Positions 18,701 to 26,620 of a DNA stretch of 64,000 bases are shown here, one piece after another. Source of the stretch: Bacteroidia bacterium (GTDB lineage Bacteria; Bacteroidota; Bacteroidia; J057); the NCBI GenBank assembly GCA_030430575.1, contig JAUIKF010000008.1, positions 21,074 through 85,073 of the forward strand. Reading direction: 5' to 3'. How positions within the stretch are numbered: position 1 is the stretch's first letter; every line of letters starts with the position of its first letter. Both the position numbers and the translations under genes were made by a program. The notes under the pieces were generated by a model. That model saw only the letters and a list, made by a program, of their open reading frames with translations, made no database searches and was not told the DNA's origin.

Positions 18701-20506
18701 ACCTTGCTGGTGGCTCGGTCTTATCCCTTTTCAGACTCTATCACCTTAGCTACTTCCCAGGGGTTTGAGACATTCAAAGATGAACTCACCTACCTATGGG
18801 ATTATGGCGACCCCACAGACCCTACCCCAGGTATGAACAGAGGTACAGCTCACCGCTATCCCCAAGCCAATCGCTATCTCCCCAAATTGACAGTGACATC
18901 CAGTTATATTAACCTCCATGGAAACTTATCTATAGGCTGCGTAGATAGCGCAATCGAGCAGGTGACCATCCTGCCCGTTATTGACCCCATCGCCGTAGCA
19001 GGAGATACCTTCTACTATGATGGCTTCGAAGACCAGAATCGCGTTAATAGAGAATGGCTCACAGGGGGAAAACTCAACAACTGGGAGGTCGCAAAACCTT
19101 CAGATTCTCTCCTCAACCGCGCAGCCTCGGGCGAATATGCATGGGTCACCGATGCTGACGAAGACTATCCCAATAAAATGAATGCCTGGGTCGCAAGCCC
19201 TTGTTATGACTTGCGTCAGATGAAGCGCCCCATGCTCAGCATGGACCTGGCGGTAGCTACAGAAGCGACGTTTGATGGAGGTTCTATCCAATACACCTCC
19301 GACGGAGGGGTGAATTGGCATTTGTTGGGCACGGTCGGTTCTGGACTTAATTGGTACACAGACCAGAATTTACAGAGCAATCCAGGCTTGCAAGACAACG
19401 TCCGCCACAATGGCTGGAGTGGAAACCTACCCTGGCACACAGTCCGTCAACGGCTAGACCTTGATTCCCTGCTGGCAGGGACGGACAGCCTCCTGCGGTT
19501 CCGCATCAATATGGGCGCTGACTCCAGCGTCACAGGAGAAGGCATCGCCTTCGACAATTTCGCAATTCTGGATCGTACCAGCAAGGTGTTGATCGAGCAG
19601 TTTGTCAATCAGGACGTTCCTCCCGAGGTCTACGCCTTGATCGATTCTAACGAAAAAGACATTCAATACCTCCAATATCATATCTCCTATCCTGACGAAT
19701 CCGACGCTATTTTTGTCGAAAATCAGCGCGGTCCCGACGCCGATGCGCGGGCCTACTACTACGGCATTTCTGGGCCTGCGAATATTGTCTTGGATGGAGA
19801 CGCCCGCTTGACCCCTGCATACGAAACCCTCCAACAAGAGCTGGACCTCAAGATCCTGCAAGATCCTCAATTTGACATCTCGATTCGGGATAATGGCGTG
19901 GCATTCAGTGCCTTACAAGACGTGCAGCGACGAATCGTCCTGCATGTAGCGGTAGCAGAAGACCGGCTACCACAGGGAGGCGGCACGCCGTATCGCTATG
20001 TGGTTCGGAAGCTATTTCCAGATGCAGGTGGGACGGTCGTGGAAGATGGGTTAATCAAAGGAGAAGCCAAATTTGTAGATGTCGCCTGGCGCAATGCGGA
20101 CAGGCCCAGTCCTTCCATCATCCCTAGCAACCGCAGGGATTCCCTTTATTTGATCGCATTTGTGCAGGATGATGTGAGCAAACGCATCTTTGACGTGGCC
20201 ATAAGAAAGGCCAGTCCGCAGATCTTCGAAAGCCGCCTTGGCCAAGGCCCTGACAGCACCTTGCGCTACGCGCTTTTCCCCAACCCCACCGCCGACTGGC
20301 TGGAGGTACACTTCGCGGAGCCGCTTCCAGCGACTGAAACCTGCGCGCTGTACGATCTCCAAGGACGGCGCGTCTTGACGCGCCAGCTAGCGGAAGGGGA
20401 TACGCGTATCCGCCTGGATATGCGCGCACTGGCACAGGGGGTGTATGTCCTAGAGCTACGGCTCAGTGGGGAGGTGCGGAGGGAGAAGGTGATAAGGGTC
20501 GAGTAA
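15788..20506 (+). CDS. T9SS-sorted surface protein with Pmp-type parallel beta-helix repeats (1572 aa)
   Basis: Signal peptide. At least 11 'GGAIYN/GGAIAN' repeats. A MAM-like central region. C-terminal Por-secretion tail '…LFPNPTADWLEVHF…LYDLQGRRV…GVYVLELR'. Confidence 0.8.
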   Translation: MKYLSILLSLLFLSHHLSAQTRTVTSTADAGAGSLRETISLANSGDSIVIDASLAGDTIFLASEILLDKNLTISGLGTTCPGSITLDAQSNGRIFRVDTFATVVIDHLTFSQGIAGDGGAIYNEGNLTITCAYFTLNKAIYGGAIYSIASPGNPCSLTLTDCDFHINGFLGICEEGGAIFNNGLQENCTVLATDCRFRNCVAQQINASTSGGAILNKGASAGATFRSCIFDANGVLAFSLPFSSPEKGIGGAIANMGGTLHLLDCSTITHNQAQGGLTYGGAIYNDTASTCSLTRCKLSNNDTGDLGGAIANFGTLTIFESEFINNVAIGTDGVGGGVYESGLGSISIRNSTFERNNALSDGGSLYLNYASTQSAAPEILNNTFSANATGKRGGALFVTGQNQLALIHCTFVQNTATDSGGAIYITPLPVVSLQNNLIADNVSNGGPDLMGLNNATITSLGGNLIGNGSDSNIPLLPSDLSGTFINPIDPQVAALGYYGGPTATHFLESTSPAIDAAVGMPISTDQRGTRRTAISDIGAFELHRVMLRPADSLHLCIGSPFAKMDSIVIVDSTGGAIHPGPSQALLLDLPVGFRLLQGQGEVTLHGNGLSNPSIFVSDSVVIVFFDRSTEIGFQKIVISDLLVRATQAGTGNLVRRVSNAAIIGDSPMDSLSHAFLSASALAPLRPPDAVFTVCADTGEVPVAIPLTSPLLNGNAMVWYASPNDIGLSSLDTTIVFSNYQFTDTCYFALHNPCNLFFYVTQIDNNGCESRPATIEIDANPVPDAPNPLFSADLSYCEGTASPSLQLVPNTGATYFWYDAGGTLLDSTVLSSYDLELDSLQFDQDSSFVFTVRQKVNGCLSRDAQPFTLLGRAKLPISFEAKHLCLGESTDFHAVAPPAATSFTWNFSSGLNSGVIHTSGPDTSIVIQNTGFIVIELTVEDSFGCKSSYEDFILVKDLGAAFTWSRICEQDITLLVARSYPFSDSITLATSQGFETFKDELTYLWDYGDPTDPTPGMNRGTAHRYPQANRYLPKLTVTSSYINLHGNLSIGCVDSAIEQVTILPVIDPIAVAGDTFYYDGFEDQNRVNREWLTGGKLNNWEVAKPSDSLLNRAASGEYAWVTDADEDYPNKMNAWVASPCYDLRQMKRPMLSMDLAVATEATFDGGSIQYTSDGGVNWHLLGTVGSGLNWYTDQNLQSNPGLQDNVRHNGWSGNLPWHTVRQRLDLDSLLAGTDSLLRFRINMGADSSVTGEGIAFDNFAILDRTSKVLIEQFVNQDVPPEVYALIDSNEKDIQYLQYHISYPDESDAIFVENQRGPDADARAYYYGISGPANIVLDGDARLTPAYETLQQELDLKILQDPQFDISIRDNGVAFSALQDVQRRIVLHVAVAEDRLPQGGGTPYRYVVRKLFPDAGGTVVEDGLIKGEAKFVDVAWRNADRPSPSIIPSNRRDSLYLIAFVQDDVSKRIFDVAIRKASPQIFESRLGQGPDSTLRYALFPNPTADWLEVHFAEPLPATETCALYDLQGRRVLTRQLAEGDTRIRLDMRALAQGVYVLELRLSGEVRREKVIRVE

Positions 20507-20536
20507 GTCCTAGGTTTTAAGTTCTAGGGTAAAAGA

Positions 20537-20568
20537 CGACTTAGAACATAGAACCTAAAACCTAGAAC
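20537..20568. repeat. Short 'CATAGAACCTAAAACNTAGAAC' repeat, left copy
   Basis: A direct repeat of ~25 bp recurs at 21522–21556. A related 'cctaaaacttaaaac' lies at 51343–51372. Confidence 0.6.
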
Positions 20569-20580
20569 TTTTCATCACGA

Positions 20581-21159
20581 TCATTTGCTTTGCGCCAACA
20601 GCGCAGGCTCGCGCTCTTCCATCCACCGATCAATATCTTCCAGCGTCAAAGACTCCCCCCCTGCTTCAATCCAGCTTTTACAATAGTCCATTTCATTCCT
20701 CAACACTTCTTCATCACAGCCACTCAGGTCAACACAAGCTTTTCCATTAAAAGGCCATCTAGGTCCCCCCAGACGTACACCGGCGTACATGGTATTGGCC
20801 TTTACGATCCCTGTGCCATTGGCGAGGCAGGCATGGTAGAACATGTGGTGGGTGTCTTGCCAGGTTTCGACCTGATACACAGGGCCGCCTTCATTGGCGC
20901 GTGCACAGTAGGCGTCATGGACGATGGCCGCAAATAAGAATTCTTCGTTCAATTTGCCACCAAATAGCCCCGAAATAAGGGATGGGATGGAAGCGCCATC
21001 CGTGATCGTTCTGGCAGGGGCCGTCCACACTTTGCCATTGGGGTCAGTATAAACAACATCAACAGGCGTGTCAAATTGCCCATCTGGACGTTCAATGAGG
21101 TCAATAGAAAGGGTATGTGAAGGGGAAAAGAATCCGTTTTCGCTTGCCGTGTTTTTCAT
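20581..21159 (-). CDS. DUF1353-like hypothetical protein (192 aa)
   Basis: Motifs 'TDGASIP' and 'AIVHDAYC' resemble DUF1353. No signal peptide. Confidence 0.5.
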   Translation of the reverse strand: MKNTASENGFFSPSHTLSIDLIERPDGQFDTPVDVVYTDPNGKVWTAPARTITDGASIPSLISGLFGGKLNEEFLFAAIVHDAYCARANEGGPVYQVETWQDTHHMFYHACLANGTGIVKANTMYAGVRLGGPRWPFNGKACVDLSGCDEEVLRNEMDYCKSWIEAGGESLTLEDIDRWMEEREPALLAQSK

Positions 21160-21281
21160 AATAGCAGGGGGTATTTGTAGGTAAAATATATTGACATGCT
21201 GTGTGCCTGTCTTATGCTACAAATAAACGATAATCTGGCAAGTGCCCGAACCACATGTTGATGGGGAGAGGGGGGGAGAAC

Positions 21282-21325
21282 GTTCTAGGTTCTAGGTTCT
21301 AGGTTCTAGGTTCTAGGTTCTAGGT
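21282..21325. repeat. Tandem heptamer (GTTCTAG) × ~6
   Basis: 'gttctaggttctaggttctaggttctaggttctaggttctagg' is the reverse complement of the flanking CTAGAAC motifs. Confidence 0.9.
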
Positions 21326-21521
21326 GAACTGACAATTCAACTTAGGGACCAGTATTATTTCTGGACAGTTTATCTATCATCCTGAATCCGCGAAGGATCT
21401 TACTATTTGATTATGAGGGAGTTGTAAGATTTTTCACTTCGTTCAAAATGACAGCTAAGCTGTCTGGGATTCGATATTATGTTGTCCTTAAGTTAATATG
21501 TCAATACATCTAGGTTCTAAG

Positions 21522-21556
21522 AAAAACAACATAGAACCTAAAACTTAGAACATAGA
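21522..21556. repeat. Short 'CATAGAACCTAAAACTTAGAACATAGAACC' repeat, right copy
   Basis: Direct repeat of 20537–20568. Confidence 0.6.
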
Positions 21557-21562
21557 ACCTTC

Positions 21563-22420
21563 TTATCTTATCACCACCGTCTCTCCCTGCACCACCGATG
21601 CGCGGAAGAACCCCAGCGCGCCACCTGAGATATTGACTGAGATATTGGCGGGGGGCGCGCCGAAGGGACTGCCAGAGCCCGACTGCTGGACCCAGCTGAA
21701 GTAGAAGTCGTAGGCTTCTTGCGTGAGGGTGGCAAATTCCAATCGAGCCGTGTCGCCACGACTAACAGGGAAGGGTACGATGAAGCCGTTGATGTATTGG
21801 CCTTGGGCAAAGCGGTCGTCGAAAAGCAGGTAAGGCACGATTCCATCTCGGTAGGCCGTGTCTTGCACATACATCCTGGTCAGGTAGAAGGAGCGAATAT
21901 CGGGATCATTCCTCGCATAAAACCGCAAATAGTAGCCCGTATCTGGTACCAAGACAGTCGTGGGGAAGTAGACATAATTCACTGAATCTAGCACGTCAGC
22001 GCTAGGCAGGAAAGAAGAAGCGGTATAGGTCTGGTCGTCATAAATCACTTCCAAATCATAGGTGCGCCCTACTACGCCTTCAAGTCCTTCTGTCTCGTAC
22101 CTGCCTGGCAGGACTTCCTTCAACTGCACGGCATTGCCTGTGTCGTCAGCAATGCGCACAAGCGCCCCACTCACTGCCGCTGGCGCTGCGGTGTCATAGA
22201 GGGGCTGAGTTTGGCTCAGCAGGACGTAATGCGGTCCTGGACCGTCGGTCACGAGCCCTTCGATGACCAGTTGCTGGTCGGCGTCGCGGAGGGGGAGTTC
22301 TATGGGTTCTTCGCAAGAAGAGAAGAAAATGAGAGAATGAATGAATGAGAGAATGATAGAATAAGAAATGATGAATGAAGGAATTTTGAATGTTAAATGA
22401 GGGAATATTTTGGGTGTCAT
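21563..22420 (-). CDS. DUF4249-like lipoprotein (285 aa)
   Basis: Lipobox 'FFSSCEEP'. Located immediately downstream of a TonB-dependent receptor on the same strand, a conserved Bacteroidota pairing. Confidence 0.5.
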   Translation of the reverse strand: MTPKIFPHLTFKIPSFIISYSIILSFIHSLIFFSSCEEPIELPLRDADQQLVIEGLVTDGPGPHYVLLSQTQPLYDTAAPAAVSGALVRIADDTGNAVQLKEVLPGRYETEGLEGVVGRTYDLEVIYDDQTYTASSFLPSADVLDSVNYVYFPTTVLVPDTGYYLRFYARNDPDIRSFYLTRMYVQDTAYRDGIVPYLLFDDRFAQGQYINGFIVPFPVSRGDTARLEFATLTQEAYDFYFSWVQQSGSGSPFGAPPANISVNISGGALGFFRASVVQGETVVIR

Positions 22421-22604
22421 GTTAGTTGAAATAATTATTGTAAAAATAAGTGCGGCTGGGGTGAAGCGAGCGAGCGCGGACGGACAGAAGGGCTGGGATT
22501 GGTTGGCTCGCTTCGATTCTTGTCCTGAGTCCCGCCGAAGGATTTTGGTTACTTTTTTCTAAAAAAAGTAACACCACAAAGGATATAAGCAATTCTAATA
22601 AAAC

Positions 22605-24941
22605 TCAAAACTCAAAGTTATACGTCACCGAAGGCACCCAACGAAACAAATACACCTTAACTGCCTGTGTCAAAGAAGGATTATCGGGATCTGGGCGAAA
22701 GTCGAATGCAAAAGCGTTTTTGCGGCCGTAGGCGTTGTAGACGCTGAGGTTCCAGCTACTTTGCCAGCGGCGGCCTTCCCGTTGCTTACCGTCCAGACTG
22801 ACTGAAAGGTCCAGTCGGTGGTAATCGGGCATACGGTAGCCGTTGCGCTCAGTGAAGTACTCGACGTATTCACCTTCAAACAAATACTTCCCAACGGGCA
22901 AGGTGATGGGCGCGCCGCTATAGTAAGTGAAGGTCGTCGCAACGGTCCATCGCTTGCCCAGTCGCTGACTGATCAGGGCGGAGATGTCGTGCCGACGGTC
23001 GCTATTGGCGGGATAAATAGCCCCCGCATTGATGGCGTCGATCTGGCGCATAGCGCGCGAGAGGGTATAGCCAATCTGACCCGAAGTCGCGCCACGCGTC
23101 TTTTTCACCAAAAACTCCACCCCATAGGCCGCCCCCTCTCCAAAGAGGAAATCCTCTTCAATCCGATCATTAAGGACAAGCACCGCCCCGTCTCGGAAGT
23201 CAAATTGATTCTCCATTTGCTTATAATACACCTCCACAGACGCCTCCACCACATTGTCCGCAAAATTCCGAAAATAGCCCACCGCTACCTGATCGGCGAT
23301 CTCTGGCGGCAATTGCTCACTGCTGGGCACCCAGATGTCCCAGGGAAAGGAAGCCGCCGAATTGGAGGCGAGGTGTAGGTATTGGCGGGTCCGTTGGTAG
23401 GAAGCCTTGACAGCATTTTTTTCATCGATCAAAAACCGCGCAGAAACCCGTGGTTCCAAGCCCCAATAAGGGCTAAAGACCTCTCCCGTCTGGTAGACCG
23501 TCGAATCGATGGTCGTCACGCCATCGGCATCCAGGATGTAGCGCGTATAGGGGCCTACATTGGCGAAAGCGGAAACCCGCAGGCCATAACTCAGCGAAAG
23601 CTGATCGGTGATCGCATGCTCATTGCTGATATAGCCGCCTAGCTCCAAAGAATATTGATTGGGCAAGGCAACGGCGGTATAGTAGCTCTGGCTATCGGCT
23701 GGGACAAATCGCCCTGGCACAAAATCGTGGAGCGTCACGATGGCCCCATAGCGCAGGCGCACCTTAGGACTCACAAAGTGGGTAAAGTCCATTTTGAGGC
23801 TCAGGTCGCGGATCTGCGAGTCGTAGCGAAATTGGTCGCCCCCTCCCCTATCCCAGTCAAATCCATAATCGAAATTGCTGTAGATGGCCGTCAGGTTAAA
23901 AAAGAGCTTATCGCTGAACAAGTGGTTCCAACGCAAGGTCGCCGTCTGGTTGCCCCAGTCATTGGCAAATCGGTTTTGCAGGCGGAATTTGTCCTGCCCA
24001 AAATAGCCCGACAGGAAGAGGCGGTCATTCTCGCCGAGGCGGTAATTGAGCTTGGCGTTAAAGTCGTAGAAATAGAGTTGGTTATTGCTGATCGCGGGAT
24101 CACTAGAGAGGCCGAGGAAGGCGTCGGCGTACGTGCGGCGACCGTTGATGGAAAAGGAGCCTTTTTCCTTTTTGAGCGGCCCTTCGACGCTCAAGCGGCT
24201 GGAAATCAGACCGATTCCGCCTTTGAGGTGGAATTGCTGGTTGTTGCCTTCCTTCATGCGCAGGTCGAGGGTGGAGGAGAGGCGGCCGCCATAACGGGCA
24301 GGAATTCCGCCTTTGTAGAGCTTCACTTCGTCCTTGAGCGCATCGGGGTTAAACACCGAGAAGAAGCCCAACAGATGCGAAGCATTGTAGACCGTAGCTT
24401 CGTCCAGCAGGATCAGGTTCTGATCCGATCCGCCGCCCCGCACATAATAGCCCGTGATACCTTCGCCCACCGCCTGCACGCCCGGCAACATCTGGATGGA
24501 CCGCAGCACATCAAATTCCCCCAGCAGCGCTGGCTGCCTTCGAATCGCCTGCACGCTGATACGCCCTGTACTCATCTCCGTGCTCGACACGTTTTGATCC
24601 TCCCTTTCCCCGCTGATCTCCACCACATCCAGCTCATAAACTGCCAATTCTGCGTCATATCGCTGGTCTGCTGACAGTGTTAGCGCCACTTCTCGGGTTT
24701 CGTAGCCCGAGTAGCTATACACGACCGTATGTTTCCCTTCGGGCAGTTCCAGAGCGTAATAGCCGTACTCGTTGGTGTAGGTGCCGCGTCGTGCTTCAGG
24801 GGCTGCGACCGTAGCGGAGATGAGCTCCTCACCGGAGCTTGCTTCGCGGACGTAGCCGCTGAGGGTGTAGGTGCGCTGGGCTGACAGCTCTGCTGTGAGG
24901 AGGATGAGGATGAGGAGAAGGAGGAGGAAGACGGTGCGCAT
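22605..24941 (-). CDS. TonB-dependent receptor (778 aa)
   Basis: Signal peptide, carboxypeptidase-regulatory-like N-domain, plug and 22-strand barrel. Ends '…YNFEF'. Confidence 0.8.
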   Translation of the reverse strand: MRTVFLLLLLILILLTAELSAQRTYTLSGYVREASSGEELISATVAAPEARRGTYTNEYGYYALELPEGKHTVVYSYSGYETREVALTLSADQRYDAELAVYELDVVEISGEREDQNVSSTEMSTGRISVQAIRRQPALLGEFDVLRSIQMLPGVQAVGEGITGYYVRGGGSDQNLILLDEATVYNASHLLGFFSVFNPDALKDEVKLYKGGIPARYGGRLSSTLDLRMKEGNNQQFHLKGGIGLISSRLSVEGPLKKEKGSFSINGRRTYADAFLGLSSDPAISNNQLYFYDFNAKLNYRLGENDRLFLSGYFGQDKFRLQNRFANDWGNQTATLRWNHLFSDKLFFNLTAIYSNFDYGFDWDRGGGDQFRYDSQIRDLSLKMDFTHFVSPKVRLRYGAIVTLHDFVPGRFVPADSQSYYTAVALPNQYSLELGGYISNEHAITDQLSLSYGLRVSAFANVGPYTRYILDADGVTTIDSTVYQTGEVFSPYWGLEPRVSARFLIDEKNAVKASYQRTRQYLHLASNSAASFPWDIWVPSSEQLPPEIADQVAVGYFRNFADNVVEASVEVYYKQMENQFDFRDGAVLVLNDRIEEDFLFGEGAAYGVEFLVKKTRGATSGQIGYTLSRAMRQIDAINAGAIYPANSDRRHDISALISQRLGKRWTVATTFTYYSGAPITLPVGKYLFEGEYVEYFTERNGYRMPDYHRLDLSVSLDGKQREGRRWQSSWNLSVYNAYGRKNAFAFDFRPDPDNPSLTQAVKVYLFRWVPSVTYNFEF

Positions 24942-25110
24942 TGTTTGCGTTTTGTTTTAGCTAGAAACGCAGGGGAGGAGGGATTGTTGGGGGGGAATTT
25001 CTTTTCCCAAGCAACTAATGAACCTACTATCAAGTTTCCCCATAACAAGAGTAAGTGATTTTTCATTTTCCATTTAGTTAAAGTTATGACTTATACAGGA
25101 ATCTTAAACT

Positions 25111-26448
25111 TTATTCATTACATGGGAAAATGTGGATCGATTCAAAATGAGCATCAATAGTATCTGCAATTGGTATTACAGGGGGAACTAAGGGATAACC
25201 TTGGAATGAAGTTAATCCAATATGGGTTGGATTCTGAATGGGTAAATCCATGGTTTTGACTGAAATATAAGATTCATTATTTACCTTTCTTGAAAATGAG
25301 TAAGTGTTTCCACTTACTTTAAGTCTCAAACATACAGAATCTATTCTATGAACAGAGTTCTCTTTTGTAGTGTCAGCTAAATCGATACGATTACTCTCTT
25401 TGTCGTGTAATAGAGGTTTACTAACTCTATATTCCTTCCTAAAAACACCACTTAATCTGCTTAATCCATCAACGCCAACTAAAGAATAACGCACACTAGG
25501 TACTTCAACACCAGGATTACTAAAAAAAAGGAATAAGCCCGCTTGTTGATACCTTTCAAGTGGTGTAAAATTTACAAGCTTCACAATCACCTCGCAGCAA
25601 TTACCACACTCTATTTTTCTAGCAAGAATATTTCTAACCACAGGTTCATAATTGGTATCGTCTAACCAAGAATCTCCTTCAAAAGTTTCTAAAGTCAGGT
25701 ATCCACTGCTATCATTTCTACCCCACAGGTCCAGTCGTTTTTCTCCCATTAAAAACCAATCAATATTAATAAGATAATCAAGGTCAGATGAGTCAAATCT
25801 TTGATAATATTCTTCACTTTGGGAGTCTAATTTAAAAATAGCCCAACAAACAGTTGTAAAAATAATTAAGCCTATAGATGCAATTGAAATTATAAAATAT
25901 TGTGCTTTTGTAGTTTGGGTAGTCTTTTCCGCTTTCTGGTTCTTGGATTCCTTATATTTTATCCAAAAGGAAAAATCATTTTTCCTCTCACTTGGCTTTA
26001 TAGGCTTCGCACCAAGTACATATCGAGCGAGAATATCTAGCGTTGAAAGCAACGGAAGTTTTTGATTTCCTTCTTTGGCCAATATATTTTTATAATAGGT
26101 CTGAATCGATTTGCCACTGATTCTTAGACCAGTATTCTCTTCAATTTTATCACTAATCATCTCTCTTTCAGAATAAGAAATCGAACTACCAGTGGTTTCT
26201 TCACCAAAAGTACTAAAATATATCTCTCTCATTAGGGAGTCGAAATATTGCCAATCATTTAGAGCCATAAGTACCGAAATTAATAGTTTCAAATGAATTT
26301 CCAAGCCTTTTCCAATCGATGCCTGTTTTACAAAAAAGGTTATTCCGTAGTTGAAACCTCTATTTGAGGACAAGCCCCACCTTGTGTATCCAATTGTAAC
26401 TATTGGTAGTTTATAAGAGCCTAATAAAAGCCTGAGAAAGGAATTCAA
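25111..26448 (-). CDS. Hypothetical membrane-anchored protein (445 aa) in an AT-rich segment
   Basis: Central TM helix 'YFIISIASIGLIIFTTVCWAIF'. GC is visibly below that of neighbouring DNA. Confidence 0.5.
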   Translation of the reverse strand: MNSFLRLLLGSYKLPIVTIGYTRWGLSSNRGFNYGITFFVKQASIGKGLEIHLKLLISVLMALNDWQYFDSLMREIYFSTFGEETTGSSISYSEREMISDKIEENTGLRISGKSIQTYYKNILAKEGNQKLPLLSTLDILARYVLGAKPIKPSERKNDFSFWIKYKESKNQKAEKTTQTTKAQYFIISIASIGLIIFTTVCWAIFKLDSQSEEYYQRFDSSDLDYLINIDWFLMGEKRLDLWGRNDSSGYLTLETFEGDSWLDDTNYEPVVRNILARKIECGNCCEVIVKLVNFTPLERYQQAGLFLFFSNPGVEVPSVRYSLVGVDGLSRLSGVFRKEYRVSKPLLHDKESNRIDLADTTKENSVHRIDSVCLRLKVSGNTYSFSRKVNNESYISVKTMDLPIQNPTHIGLTSFQGYPLVPPVIPIADTIDAHFESIHIFPCNE

Positions 26449-26620
26449 GAGAATTCATAAAAATACATTTTTGACTAAAAAATGATGTTTTAAAAACGAT
26501 ATAATCAAGCAATCCTGAAATAGTGTCAGTCTATTCATCAATATTATCGACTAATTAGTCGAATGGTAAACCTATGCATTAATTAATACAGATTTATAAA
26601 ATGATAATATATTAATTATT

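Noticed and set aside
23655-24674. 339-aa ORF on the + strand, plus many other 60–190-aa antisense or internal ORFs (e.g. 2591–3046, 3284–3826, 5345–5902, 22818–23378, 43913–44707, 56513–57040)
   Set aside because: Each lies fully inside a much longer opposite-strand ORF with clear family signatures (TonB receptors, AAA+ protein, TcA-like). They are typical antisense ORFs of high-GC coding DNA.
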